The notes: a model not told the origin generated them from the sequence alone. Shown: positions 41,399 to 51,954, counted from the first letter of the stretch. The stretch is 64,000 bases of DNA from Leptolyngbyaceae cyanobacterium (GCA_965263355.1 CBDHHL010000056.1:1664001-1728000); one strand, 5' to 3'. Program-made: numbers and translations.

Positions 41399-42013
41399 AT
41401 GGTTCAGACAACGTCTAAAATCATGTCGGTCAGTGGTTCAGGTATTCCTCTACTGGGTAATGACATTGATACCGACCGTATTATTCCGGCTCGATTTTTG
41501 CGCTGCGTTACATTCGATGGTCTGGGAGAAAATGTGTTTGCAGATGATCGAACTCAGAGCCAAGGGAATCACCCATTTGAGCAGTCCCAATATCAACATG
41601 CCAAAATTTTAGTGGTTAATAGCAACTTTGGCTGTGGCTCATCCCGTGAACATGCTCCCCAATCAATTATGCGCTGGGGCATCAGAGCAATCATTGGGGA
41701 AAGTTTTGCAGAAATTTTCTTAGGAAACTGTGTTGCTATTGGCATGCCATGCGTTACTGCCAAACCAGATATCGTTGCTCAGCTACAGACCTTGATTACA
41801 GACGCCCCTAAGCTTGAACTGACTCTAAATTTAGCAACTCAAACAATTTCTTGCCATGGCCTAAATGAAGCAATCACCATCAAAGAAGGTAACCGTCAAA
41901 TGTTTATCAACGGTACTTGGGATGCTTGTGGTCAGCTACTAAACCAGTCAGAACAAATTAAGGCTACAGCAGCCAAACTTCCCTACGTTAGTTGGAGTAG
42001 AAAATTAGTTTGA
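41399..42013 (+). CDS. leuD: 3-isopropylmalate dehydratase small subunit
   Basis: [25 protein letters not shown] and SFAEIF. Confidence 0.96.
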   Translation: MVQTTSKIMSVSGSGIPLLGNDIDTDRIIPARFLRCVTFDGLGENVFADDRTQSQGNHPFEQSQYQHAKILVVNSNFGCGSSREHAPQSIMRWGIRAIIGESFAEIFLGNCVAIGMPCVTAKPDIVAQLQTLITDAPKLELTLNLATQTISCHGLNEAITIKEGNRQMFINGTWDACGQLLNQSEQIKATAAKLPYVSWSRKLV

Positions 42014-42020
42014 TGCAATA

Positions 42021-43805
42021 CTAGTAGGTCATGGTCATTTCTCGGGGGAGTTTAGTAGCACCGGAGTTTACTACGCCCCGCTTGGCATCTACTGTAATGA
42101 TGGTGCCATCACGAATGGTTCTGGTGGCATTAGTTACCCCAACTAACACTGGAATACCCAGACGTAGACCAAGGGTAGCTGCATGGCCTGTATGACTAGG
42201 ATCTTCAGTGACAATGCCACCTGCGTGGCGAATAATGTCAACGTAGTCAGCACTGGTATTGGGAACCACCAAAATTTCACCAGGATTAAAATTGCTAACG
42301 GCTAAAGCCTTGTTAACGACTCGGGCGCGACCACTGACCACACCTTCGCCAATGCCTTTTCCATGGCCTAGCACAGCCGTCACTAACTCTACCTTAATTA
42401 AATCGGTCGACCCTGATACCCCCTGTAAGGTCCCCGCGGTCATGACAACAAGATCACCATCGTGGAGTAATTTTTTTTCTTGAGCAACATTCACAGCTGA
42501 TTGGAATGTTTGACTGCTAGACGGTAAATCAACAACCAGTAAGGGCTTGACTCCCCATACTAGCTGTAAACGACGGGCAACTTCGATGTGAGGGGTGACG
42601 GCTAAGATGGGTGTGGGCGGTCGAAACTTAGAAACATTACGGGCAGTAGCCCCTGTTTTAGTCAGTGACATAATCGCCGATGCATCTAGCTGAGAGGCAA
42701 TTTGCCCAACTGCTCGACTGATGGCATTAGGGATGGTGCGTCTAGTAGCAGCAGCATCAGAGTTTTTAACAATCTTTTCTTTTTCAGTACGCAGGGCAAT
42801 CTTTGCCATGGTGGCCACTGCTTCAACTGGATATTCACCCACTGCCGTTTCGTTAGAGAGCATGACGGCATCAGTACCATCCAGAATGGCATTGGCGACA
42901 TCGGAGACTTCGGCTCGGGTGGGTCGAGGATTGCTCACCATACTATCAAGCATTTGAGTCGCTGTAATCACAGGAATACCCAAGCGATTAGCCGTTGTAA
43001 TCAAACGTTTTTGCAGAATTGGCACATCTTCAGCTGGAAGTTCCACACCTAAATCGCCCCGAGCGACCATCACGCCGTCCGATAGAGACAAAATCGCTTC
43101 CATCTGCTCAATGGCTTCGTGTTTCTCAATTTTGACAATGACAGGCACTCGCTTACCTGCGTTGGCAATGATTTCCTTAATTTCTAAAACGTCCTGGGGG
43201 TTCCGCACAAAACTCAGCGCGACCCAATCTACCCCCTGATCAAGCCCAAAAGCAAGGTCTACTTTATCTTTTTCAGTTAACGCCTTGATAGATAGGTAAA
43301 CCCCAGGAAAGTTCACACCTTTACTATTAGACAGTTTGCCACCAACGACCACTTCGCAGTGGAGTTCACCGTTTTCCATGTCTTTGCTGACTACGCGCAT
43401 TTCCACCTTGCCGTCATCTAGCAAGATGGTTGCTCCCGTTGGTACTTCTTCAACCAAAGGTTCGTAGGTGACGGAACTAATTGTTTGGGTACCTGGCATC
43501 TGGCGGCTAGTCAGTATAAAGCTATCGCCTGTCTTTAAACGAATTGACCCCTCTGCAAATTTACCTAAGCGAATTTTTGGTCCCTGTAGATCCTGTAGGA
43601 TACCGACGGGTTGATTGAGTTCAAATGAGATTTGGCGAATCAAACGAATATTGCGCTGATGGTCGTCGTGGGTGCCGTGGGAAAAGTTGAGACGCAGGGT
43701 GGTTGCACCAGCTTCAATGAGCGATCGCAACGTTGCAGGATCCTGAGTAGCCGGACCAATGGTGGATACTATCTTGGTCCGACGCATGGCATGGCGCAGT
43801 GGCAT
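42021..43805 (-). CDS. pyk: Pyruvate kinase with C-terminal PEP-utiliser domain
   Basis: RLNFSHG, DLQGPKIR, MVARGDLGVE, ATQMLDSM and DAVMLS. Confidence 0.96.
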   Translation of the reverse strand: MPLRHAMRRTKIVSTIGPATQDPATLRSLIEAGATTLRLNFSHGTHDDHQRNIRLIRQISFELNQPVGILQDLQGPKIRLGKFAEGSIRLKTGDSFILTSRQMPGTQTISSVTYEPLVEEVPTGATILLDDGKVEMRVVSKDMENGELHCEVVVGGKLSNSKGVNFPGVYLSIKALTEKDKVDLAFGLDQGVDWVALSFVRNPQDVLEIKEIIANAGKRVPVIVKIEKHEAIEQMEAILSLSDGVMVARGDLGVELPAEDVPILQKRLITTANRLGIPVITATQMLDSMVSNPRPTRAEVSDVANAILDGTDAVMLSNETAVGEYPVEAVATMAKIALRTEKEKIVKNSDAAATRRTIPNAISRAVGQIASQLDASAIMSLTKTGATARNVSKFRPPTPILAVTPHIEVARRLQLVWGVKPLLVVDLPSSSQTFQSAVNVAQEKKLLHDGDLVVMTAGTLQGVSGSTDLIKVELVTAVLGHGKGIGEGVVSGRARVVNKALAVSNFNPGEILVVPNTSADYVDIIRHAGGIVTEDPSHTGHAATLGLRLGIPVLVGVTNATRTIRDGTIITVDAKRGVVNSGATKLPREMTMTY

Positions 43806-44192
43806 AGTGCTTTATTGGTGGGATAGCCGTCAGTGGGTGCAAGCACATCCAGTGGCAAACATCAGTTTTCTCAAATGGAAACCGGTAGTTTTGGACGTGA
43901 ATATGTGTTAAGCAAACCACCGGATAGTATCATGCCAGGGCTCGCTTCCGCTTCAAAACCTTTGAAATCATTAGTCTACGCACCCCGTAAACCTTAGAAG
44001 ACAAATCCTTCCCGTCGTTCCCAAAATTTTTGGTTTAATAGCTGATATGAAACCCTTTCTACCTCAAGGTAAACATCAGACTTTTTTGCAATTCCCAAGA
44101 ATATTAAACTAAAAATGAGATAGCGTCACAAAACTTTATTGTTACCTCCAGGTAGCGTATACTTCGAGACATAGGTGTGAAGGAGTATTACT

Positions 44193-45092
44193 GTGGTTTC
44201 GGTGGCAACACGTCCTTCTGCGGTACTTAGACGAGTGCCCAAGGATCTTTTAGATGCAGACGGTGGTGTCAGCCCAGATTTACTTATATTTGTAGGAGCG
44301 GTTGTATTAGTTACCGTGGCTACGTTTGGGTATTTTTCCTGGAGCTTTCCCCATTGGATCTGTTTTGTTTTAAACACGGTGGCTTTACATCTGGTGGGTA
44401 CAGTTATTCATGATGCCTCCCACAATTCAGCTCACAGCAATCGTATCGTCAATGCGGTTTTAGGTCATGGCAGTGCCCTGATGCTGGGCTTTACCTTTCC
44501 TGTCTTTACTCGTGTGCACTTACAGCACCATGCCAATGTCAACGATCCAGAGAATGACCCAGACCATTTTGTGTCTACTTGCGGTCCCCTTTGGTTGATT
44601 GCACCGCGTTTTTTCTATCATGAGATTTACTTTTTTCAACGGCGACTATGGAAAAAGTATGAGCTGCTTGAATGGTTCCTCAGTCGTTTAACCGTGGCAG
44701 CACTGATTTACTCTGCCTACCATTTTGGCTTTTTAGATTACTTTGCTAACTATTGGTTTGCGCCAGCGTTAGTAGTTGGTGTTGCCTTAGGGTTGTTTTT
44801 TGATTACTTGCCCCACCGTCCCTTCAAGGAAAAAAATCGCTGGAAAAATGCGCGAGTCTATCCTGGCCGCCTTTTGAATTTGTTAATTATGGGGCAAAAC
44901 TACCATTTGGTTCATCATCTGTGGCCATCTATACCCTGGTATAAGTACAAGCCTGCCTATGAAGTGATGAAACCTTTACTTGATGAGAAGGGGTCACCTC
45001 AATCTTTAGGCCTGCATCATCGCAAAGATTTCTGGGGGTTTGTTTACGACATTTTTCTGGGTATTCGTTTTCACCATAGCAATGACCATTAA
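44193..45092 (+). CDS. crtR: Beta-carotene hydroxylase
   Basis: His boxes HDASH, HLQHH and HLVHH; VNDPENDPDH and FFDYLPHRPF; GTG start after AAGGAG. Confidence 0.92.
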   Translation: MVSVATRPSAVLRRVPKDLLDADGGVSPDLLIFVGAVVLVTVATFGYFSWSFPHWICFVLNTVALHLVGTVIHDASHNSAHSNRIVNAVLGHGSALMLGFTFPVFTRVHLQHHANVNDPENDPDHFVSTCGPLWLIAPRFFYHEIYFFQRRLWKKYELLEWFLSRLTVAALIYSAYHFGFLDYFANYWFAPALVVGVALGLFFDYLPHRPFKEKNRWKNARVYPGRLLNLLIMGQNYHLVHHLWPSIPWYKYKPAYEVMKPLLDEKGSPQSLGLHHRKDFWGFVYDIFLGIRFHHSNDH

Positions 45093-45100
45093 ATAATGGC

Positions 45101-45152
45101 CATCCACCCCATGTAGGGGCGTTACATGCAACGCCCCTACATGGGGTGGATG
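45101..45152. repeat. REP-like GTAG palindrome (23-bp perfect stem) between convergent crtR and aroH
   Basis: CATCCACCCCATGTAGGGGCGTT-ACATGC-AACGCCCCTACATGGGGTGGATG. Confidence 0.85.
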
Positions 45153-45168
45153 ACACAATCACTGGAAT

Positions 45169-45576
45169 TTATGCCGTTACGCTGGCCCAATCTGGCCGTA
45201 AACCGCTCGCTCCCCGTAAATAGGGGTGATAAATTTCGTGTTTAGGAATGACCATATAGGCATGGATAAGAAAACGAATACACATGGGTAGGCTACCAGC
45301 AACCTGCATGTGCTGAACATCCAGCAACGGGACAGTATCCCAGTTCGGGCGTTGTCGTGCGATCGCAGCAGGGAAAATTGCATTCAAATCGGTCGTAACC
45401 GAAAACGTGACGCTAATGATGGCATCGGGTGCAATTGGGTTATTATCCTCTAACGCATTGAGCAGCTCAGTCACCGCATCCGTCATAGCAGCTACTGAAT
45501 TTTCCGACACAGTAGTTGCACCTCGAATTGCACGCACTCGCCAGTCACCTATCTCCCCTTGCTGCATATTTCCCAT
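45169..45576 (-). CDS. aroH: Chorismate mutase, AroH class
   Basis: WRVRAIRGATT, DLNAIFPA, LPMCIR and HPYLRGASGLRPD. Confidence 0.92.
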   Translation of the reverse strand: MGNMQQGEIGDWRVRAIRGATTVSENSVAAMTDAVTELLNALEDNNPIAPDAIISVTFSVTTDLNAIFPAAIARQRPNWDTVPLLDVQHMQVAGSLPMCIRFLIHAYMVIPKHEIYHPYLRGASGLRPDWASVTA

Positions 45577-45749
45577 TCCCCATTCGTTGCTTGTCTGGCT
45601 CTAACCAACTGATTAGTCATTGGAAGTCACTAGATAGAGTAGCCTTTTCTAGGCCTACTACGCCTTATCCACCTTCAAAACCAGTTTTTTTACAAAAGAA
45701 CCTACACGTTTCAAATTGGACGTAGTTTAGTAGAACTCTATACCCAGAT

Positions 45750-46610
45750 TTATCCACCAAACGGGCCTGGTAATGAAGTGCCAGGTGCTTGATAGACCCA
45801 GAGAGGAATACCTTGATGGGCCAGCTCAAATTCAACCCAACTCTGTAACCTCGGACTTATCCAAGGATTAGCCGTTTGACTATTACCAGGCAACAGCTTA
45901 TTCCAAAACGGTTTACGTTCTTCAATATTGTGTACCTCTGTCTTGTCTGGATCCAAATCTGCTAACTCAGCGGCCCAACGCTTAGCATCGTCCTCGGTTC
46001 CCAGACGATCCACGACCCCCAAATCAAGGGCTTGGGCACCTGTAAAAATCCGTCCATCGGCAAAGCCACGCACCGTTTCTTGCTCAAGCTTGCGGGCATC
46101 AGCTATGGTCGCCACAAACTGCCCATAGCTGACATCAATCAGCTCTTGCAAGATTGTCTGCTCTGGCTGGGTTAGCTCCCGATCAAACGACAGAATATCC
46201 TTATAGGGGCCAGACTTAATAACTTGGAAGGAAACCCCGATTTTATCCAAAAGTCTTTCCAGGTTATTACCCCGCAAAATCACCCCAATACTGCCGGTAA
46301 TAGTACCGGGGTTAGCGACAATATGCTGAGCACCCATGCCAATATAAACCCCTCCCGAGGCAGAAATATTGCCAAAACTAGCCACAATTTTGACGGTTTC
46401 TTGGAGTTGCTTAAGTGCACTGTAAATCTCTTGGGAGTCACCGACTGTGCCACCAGGGCTATCAATCCGTAGCAGGAGTGCTGGAAACTTCTTTTCTTTG
46501 ACCTCTTCAAGTGCCTCTAGTACTCGCTTCCGGGTTCCACCCGCAATCGCCCCAGAAATTTCAATCCGGGCAATCTGTTTACGGAAACGTGGCTTAAATG
46601 GCCAAATCAT
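45750..46610 (-). CDS. sppA: Signal peptide peptidase SppA (short form, S49)
   Basis: LRIDSPGG, ISASGGVY, TGSIGV, KSGPYKD and ADGRIFTG. Confidence 0.92.
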   Translation of the reverse strand: MIWPFKPRFRKQIARIEISGAIAGGTRKRVLEALEEVKEKKFPALLLRIDSPGGTVGDSQEIYSALKQLQETVKIVASFGNISASGGVYIGMGAQHIVANPGTITGSIGVILRGNNLERLLDKIGVSFQVIKSGPYKDILSFDRELTQPEQTILQELIDVSYGQFVATIADARKLEQETVRGFADGRIFTGAQALDLGVVDRLGTEDDAKRWAAELADLDPDKTEVHNIEERKPFWNKLLPGNSQTANPWISPRLQSWVEFELAHQGIPLWVYQAPGTSLPGPFGG

Positions 46611-46828
46611 AGACAACGACTTGATAAACGACTAAATGTCCAGATGATTACTATAAACTCCCACTGGCATCCACTGCGGCTTAATCATCTTGTGAGATGA
46701 CCAGACCAACTCATAGAACTTAACTATTAGCTCATCAGATCATCGGCTTTGCAGAGAGCGCCATCAGAACTTAACATAACTTTAATGACACGACACTTCG
46801 TCTGTCAGGTTTTGACGTCACTCCCTGC

Positions 46829-47953
46829 ATGACATCTCCCTCTACTCAAGAAAAGACTTCCATACTGCTTTTAATTGCTCCATTTTTTTTATGGGGTACA
46901 GCTATGGTGGCCATGAAAGGGGTTATTGATACTACAACTCCCTTATTTTTAGCCACATTGCGCTTGATACCTGCTGGGGTGATGGTATTGGTTACAGCGA
47001 CCTTGCTAGGACGTCAACAGCCTAACAGCTGGCAAGGATGGGCCTGGATTGGTGGTTTCGCGTTCATAGATGGCACCCTATTTCAAGGCCTTTTAGCAGA
47101 AGGGTTGCAACGTACGGGTGCTGGCCTAGGGTCAGTGATGATTGACTCTCAGCCCATTGCAGTTGCCTTAATGGCGCGGTTCTTATTTAGAGAAATTGTG
47201 GGACCGCTGGGGTGGGTCGGGTTGACATTGGGTATTTTTGGCATCAGTCTCCTAGGCTTACCCGATGCTTGGATTATCCAAGCGACTAAAAGCATAGCTA
47301 CGACCTTTTTTATAGGTCATTGGCCCAGGCTGCTCGACAACTTCACTCACCCAGTCTCTGTCTCTAACAGTGAAGATTTATGGGCTATCTTGCTGGGACA
47401 TGGTGAATGGTTAATGCTGCTAGCCGCCTTGTCTATGGCAATTGGAACAGTCATGATTCCTTACATTGCTAGACATGTGGATCCGGTAATCGCAACAGGC
47501 TGGCATATGATTTTGGGCGGATTACCGCTGCTTGGATTATCCGGTCAGACTGAGGTCCAACAATGGCAGGGGATTACCCCAACGGGCTGGCTAGCCATTG
47601 CTTACGCGACGATCTTTGGCAGTGCCATTGCCTACGGCATATTTTTCTACTTAGCCTCTCAAGGAAACCTGACTAGTCTCAGTACACTCACATTTCTTAC
47701 ACCCATATTTGCACTGATATTTAGCACATCGTTTTTGTCTGAAAATCTGACTTTCCTCCAATGGACTGGCGTTGGTTTTACCTTGATCAGCATCTATCTA
47801 GTTAACCAGCGAGAGTTTCTTACCGAGGCAATGATACGTTTATTGGTAGGTTCATCAGCCATGGGCCTAGCGGAAGCAATTAGCCCGAATGTATCAAAAG
47901 CATTGGCCACATGGTTGAGGTCCAATAGCACTGTTGACCCATCATCAGAGTAA
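46829..47953 (+). CDS. DMT/EamA-family transporter
   Basis: Two EamA repeats, about 10 TM segments; APFFLWGTAMVAMK and IDSQP. Confidence 0.88.
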   Translation: MTSPSTQEKTSILLLIAPFFLWGTAMVAMKGVIDTTTPLFLATLRLIPAGVMVLVTATLLGRQQPNSWQGWAWIGGFAFIDGTLFQGLLAEGLQRTGAGLGSVMIDSQPIAVALMARFLFREIVGPLGWVGLTLGIFGISLLGLPDAWIIQATKSIATTFFIGHWPRLLDNFTHPVSVSNSEDLWAILLGHGEWLMLLAALSMAIGTVMIPYIARHVDPVIATGWHMILGGLPLLGLSGQTEVQQWQGITPTGWLAIAYATIFGSAIAYGIFFYLASQGNLTSLSTLTFLTPIFALIFSTSFLSENLTFLQWTGVGFTLISIYLVNQREFLTEAMIRLLVGSSAMGLAEAISPNVSKALATWLRSNSTVDPSSE

Positions 47954-48394
47954 TAATTGTTACAACCCCACTCTCTAAGCTGCGAAAGCACACTCAGTCT
48001 TTACATAGCTGATCTGCACACTGATAACTCTTGATAAATCGATTTCGAGATTATTTTTATATTTGAGTTAATATTGTCTGCAAGATGGTCTCTCCCCCTG
48101 TAGCAGCAAGTACTGACGAACACCCAATATAGGGTATTCGTCTGAGCGTATTAATCCCAAAGTTGGGTAAAGTTAGGGGAAGTATGGTTCTGTTATCCGT
48201 GAGCTAGAGCGGTAATTTAATTTTTTGCTTCTGTACAGCGTTGTACCATCGCTTTTTCTTGTCCAATAGGAAGCTATATCAACATCAAAATAATCTGTTT
48301 ATTTATTGATTTAGCAGGAATCTGCCATTCGAGCCACTGAATAAGTCAATCTGTGCGTTGAACAGAAAGATGCAGGTACTGGATATTAAATAAT

Positions 48395-49747
48395 ATGATT
48401 TGGCGCTCTACTATTTTCTTTTTAACCGGTCTGACGGTTGTCACAGTGCCTGTGGCAAATCTACAAGCTAAGACTGCGCCTGTACTGATGGCGCAATCTG
48501 CCACGTCTCCACTACAACGGGCAACATCTGAGCAGCAGATAGAGGAAATTAAAACCTTACAGCAAGAACTTAAAAATCGCGGCTACTACAACGGTCCCAT
48601 TGATGGTATTTACGGTCCAGGTACGGATAGGGCAATCCGTGAACTACGGGGCCAAAAGGACGCTAACTCCGGTGGTTTAACCCCGAGTTTCCCGGAAATT
48701 GCTGTGCCCGCTGACGCCCTCCCTGAAACTGAGCCATCAGAAGATGCTCAAGATGCTAGTGCCTCAGGAGCAGAAGACGGTTCTGTAGGTATCGATGCGG
48801 ACAACATTCCTGAGAATACTGACGAAATTACTATTGGGAATAGTGTTTCACCGGAAACAGGTATTGACCCATCAAATGCCAACACAGATGAACCGTCGGA
48901 CTCTGAGACTGTTCAGGATGCTGGCGTTACTGCTCCAGGTCCAGGGAGACTAATTTGGCCAGGGTTGGCTCTGATTGCGGCCCTGGGAAGCTTTGGCATC
49001 GGCTTTGTTTTAGCGAATCGGGTTAAGCTTGGTACCGACGAGGAGAATGAGTCGCCATGGGGAACTATTCCTGAGGCAGTCAAGCGATCAGACGAGCATC
49101 CAGTCTTTCCAGAAATTGCACACAATGGCCATGCGGTTGCTAATGGTAGCAGCTCTGTCAATGCTGATCGGATGGTGTCGCCATCTAGCGAAACCGACGG
49201 TAATATGCCCATCGTATCGAACGCTAGTGTGGTTGATGCTAGTGGTCGATTAGCTAAGGTCGATGTGATTGATGAACTGGTCGCTACTTTACAGGTTACC
49301 GATCCGGGGAAACGTCGGAAAGCGATTTGGGAATTAGGGCAAAGGGGTAATTCATCCGCTGTGCAACATCTGGTTAACAGCATGGTGGATGCAGATTCTA
49401 AGGAAAAAAGCTTAATTCTAGCCGCACTTTCAGAAATTGGCATTCGCTCATTAAAGCCGATGAATCGAGCGCTAGCCATTGCCTTGCAGGACGAGAATCC
49501 TGATGTTCGTAAAAATGCGATTCGTGATTTGACACGGGTTTACGAGCTGGTCACTCAAATTAGTCAAATGTTGGGACATGCAACTGAGGATGATGATCCT
49601 GAAGTGCGCAAAACAGCTGAGTGGGCATTGAATCAGTTAAATCGTATTCGTGAAGCCCCCAAGCTTAAGTCATCACTTAATGCTTTAGAAGCTGCTCGCT
49701 CAACTCCAGACTTATTGCCTGATGAGGTAGAAAACCTAAAAAATTAG
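48395..49747 (+). CDS. Peptidoglycan-binding domain + TM + HEAT-repeat protein
   Basis: Signal peptide; LQQELKNRGYYNGPIDGIYGPGT (PG_binding_1); acidic linker; one TM; HEAT repeats RRKAIWELG, DENPDVRKNA and DDDPEVRKTA. Confidence 0.85.
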   Translation: MIWRSTIFFLTGLTVVTVPVANLQAKTAPVLMAQSATSPLQRATSEQQIEEIKTLQQELKNRGYYNGPIDGIYGPGTDRAIRELRGQKDANSGGLTPSFPEIAVPADALPETEPSEDAQDASASGAEDGSVGIDADNIPENTDEITIGNSVSPETGIDPSNANTDEPSDSETVQDAGVTAPGPGRLIWPGLALIAALGSFGIGFVLANRVKLGTDEENESPWGTIPEAVKRSDEHPVFPEIAHNGHAVANGSSSVNADRMVSPSSETDGNMPIVSNASVVDASGRLAKVDVIDELVATLQVTDPGKRRKAIWELGQRGNSSAVQHLVNSMVDADSKEKSLILAALSEIGIRSLKPMNRALAIALQDENPDVRKNAIRDLTRVYELVTQISQMLGHATEDDDPEVRKTAEWALNQLNRIREAPKLKSSLNALEAARSTPDLLPDEVENLKN

Positions 49748-49864
49748 GCTGGCGAATTGTTACAGCTGACTTAATTGAGCAGCAATCAATCGAGCAACAC
49801 TGATGGCAGGGCCATATGGCAGCACCCTATAGTAGGGTCATAGGGCTGAGTTGATAAATTTGCC

Positions 49865-50947
49865 ATGACCCGGTGCTTAAAATTGTTATTTGTCTCTACT
49901 CCTGTTGGCCCCTTGGGGTCAGGATTAGGCGGCGGTGTCGAGCTGACGGTGGTTAATTTGGTTAATGCCTTAACTCAGAGGGGACATCAGATTGCGATCG
50001 CAGCCCCCGAAAATTCACAGATAACGGATTGCCAGCTGATTCAAATTCCTGGCGTACTTCAGCCCACTGCCCATACCCAAGGCCGTGATACACCAGCCAT
50101 CATGGTGGAAAACGCCGTTTTATCTAACCAATGGACCTTTGCTCGACAGGTGCAACAGGCTTACGATGTGATCGTTAATTTCGCCTACGATTGGTTGCCC
50201 TTTTACCTCACTCCCTTCTTTGACACCCCCATTGCCCACTTTGTCAGCATGGGATCCCTTAGCCGGGTGATGGATCAGGCCGTCACCCAAGTTAACGATA
50301 AATTTCCAGGCACCCTGGGAGCCTATACTCAAACCCAGGTTGATACCTTTCCCCCTGACCTCAACTGGCAACTACTCAGCAGTGCCATTGACCTGAGTAA
50401 ATATACTTATTGCGACACCCCCGATTCAGCACTCGCATGGTTAGGGCGTATCTCTCCAGAAAAAGGCTTGGAAGATGCCGTTGCGGCTGTTCAGCAAACC
50501 CAAACTCCCCTAAAAATCCTCGGTAAGCTTGAAAACCAGGAATACTGGGAGACCATTCAACGCACCTATCCAAATGCTCCGATTGAATATCTAGGCTTTG
50601 TCAATACACAGCAGCTTCAGGCTATAGTTCGTCGCTGTCAAGGCCTTTTGATGACCCCACGCTGGGTCGAGGCCTTTGGCAATGTGGCTATCGAAGCCCT
50701 TGCCTGTGGTGTTCCTGTGGTGGCTTACCGTCGTGGGGGGCCGACGGAAATCATTGACGATGGCCAAACCGGATGGCTAGTCGAACCTGATAATGTCGCT
50801 GGTTTAGTGCAGGGTATTCAACAGCTGGATCGCATTGAGCGCCGCTATTGCCGTCAACAGGCAGAAAACAACTATTCTTTACCTGCCCTCGGCGAACGTT
50901 TTGAACAGTGGTTTGAATCGATCATCAGGCCGCATAGATCAGAGTAA
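49865..50947 (+). CDS. GT4 glycosyltransferase
   Basis: GGGVE, GRISPEKG and EAFGNVAIEALACGVPV. Confidence 0.9.
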   Translation: MTRCLKLLFVSTPVGPLGSGLGGGVELTVVNLVNALTQRGHQIAIAAPENSQITDCQLIQIPGVLQPTAHTQGRDTPAIMVENAVLSNQWTFARQVQQAYDVIVNFAYDWLPFYLTPFFDTPIAHFVSMGSLSRVMDQAVTQVNDKFPGTLGAYTQTQVDTFPPDLNWQLLSSAIDLSKYTYCDTPDSALAWLGRISPEKGLEDAVAAVQQTQTPLKILGKLENQEYWETIQRTYPNAPIEYLGFVNTQQLQAIVRRCQGLLMTPRWVEAFGNVAIEALACGVPVVAYRRGGPTEIIDDGQTGWLVEPDNVAGLVQGIQQLDRIERRYCRQQAENNYSLPALGERFEQWFESIIRPHRSE

Positions 50948-51015
50948 TACTTGTGTTTGATGGGCAATCCTTGTTGCCCTCCTCTTCTGCCTGATATTTA
51001 TAGTCTTCCTTTCCC

Positions 51016-51396
51016 ATGATCTCAATCCCCTTAATCGAAATCACTCAACTAGTGGAATGCCTCGCTGATTACCCTGAGGCATTGCGATCGCTCCAAGAAA
51101 TCGAAGACTGCGACGGTGACTTAAACGATGCGGCCCTCTCCCTGGCCTTAAAGGCAGGTTTAGAACCCACCGAAAACGAAGGTTGGCTTGAAGGCTTTGC
51201 CAAACGGTACCGGCATATTGCTTGCTTGCCAGAGTTTCGGGATGGCCTAAAAGCCCAGCAGGTGGTCGCTCTGATTCAACACCTGACCCAAAATAGCCAG
51301 TGTCCTAATCTACTAGCCGTACCCGTGGCGCTATACATCAGCAAAACAGGGGTGGATACATTTTGTCAGAGTTTTGATAATAGCCGGGTCTCATAA
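51016..51396 (+). CDS. Hypothetical protein
   Basis: 126-aa ORF with normal codon pattern filling the gap; no motif recognised. Confidence 0.7.
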   Translation: MISIPLIEITQLVECLADYPEALRSLQEIEDCDGDLNDAALSLALKAGLEPTENEGWLEGFAKRYRHIACLPEFRDGLKAQQVVALIQHLTQNSQCPNLLAVPVALYISKTGVDTFCQSFDNSRVS

Positions 51397-51609
51397 GCCG
51401 GGTCCTGGGTGAGATCGGAGCAACACACAAATTTTGTATAAAGCTAATTTTATAAAAGTACGGGAATTCTAGGGTAAACGGTAGAATCAAGCCGTTGGTG
51501 TCATCTAGCTTTAACTATCAGGCATCAACATACCAGCACCTTTAATTGCTGGGGTTTATTTTCTACTCATAGACACACCACTCTATTAACTACTTATAGG
51601 AGTTTTGCC

Positions 51610-51954
51610 ATGACTCGTTCCATCGCTCGTGCTACCAGCGTTACCCTAACTAACCTAGAAGGTGTGCCGGGCAAAGAAATCATTGAACATTATGGTCTGG
51701 TTCAAGGCAGCACTATTCGTGCCAAACATGTGGGTAAAGATATTCTGGCCGGGTTTAAGAACATTGTTGGTGGTGAACTCAAAGCCTATACCGAGCTATT
51801 GCAAGAATCACGCCAAGAAGCGGTAAATCGAATGGTACAGCAGGCTGAGCAGCTCGGTGCCAATGCCGTCATCAATATTCGATTTGCCACCTCATCAGTA
51901 GCTCCCGGTGCAGCTGAACTATTTGCCTACGGTACAGCTGTCAAAGTGCAGTAG
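51610..51954 (+). CDS. YbjQ/UPF0145-family protein
   Basis: KNIVGGELKAYTELLQESRQEA, GANAVINIRF and AYGTAV; AGGAG RBS. Confidence 0.9.
   Translation: MTRSIARATSVTLTNLEGVPGKEIIEHYGLVQGSTIRAKHVGKDILAGFKNIVGGELKAYTELLQESRQEAVNRMVQQAEQLGANAVINIRFATSSVAPGAAELFAYGTAVKVQ

Noticed and set aside
47950..47963. GTA-N8-TAC (GTAATAATTGTTAC) overlapping the EamA stop codon
   Set aside because: No -10 element at class II spacing on either strand; the 6-bp pattern is expected many times by chance in 64 kb.
48116..48143. Hairpin GACGAACACCC-N6-GGGTATTCGTC in the EamA/HEAT-gene gap
   Set aside because: Single stem with no U-tract or recognisable RNA family; insufficient to call an ncRNA.
48913..49479. 188-aa antisense ORF
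   Set aside because: Shadow of the PG-binding/HEAT gene with no independent motif.
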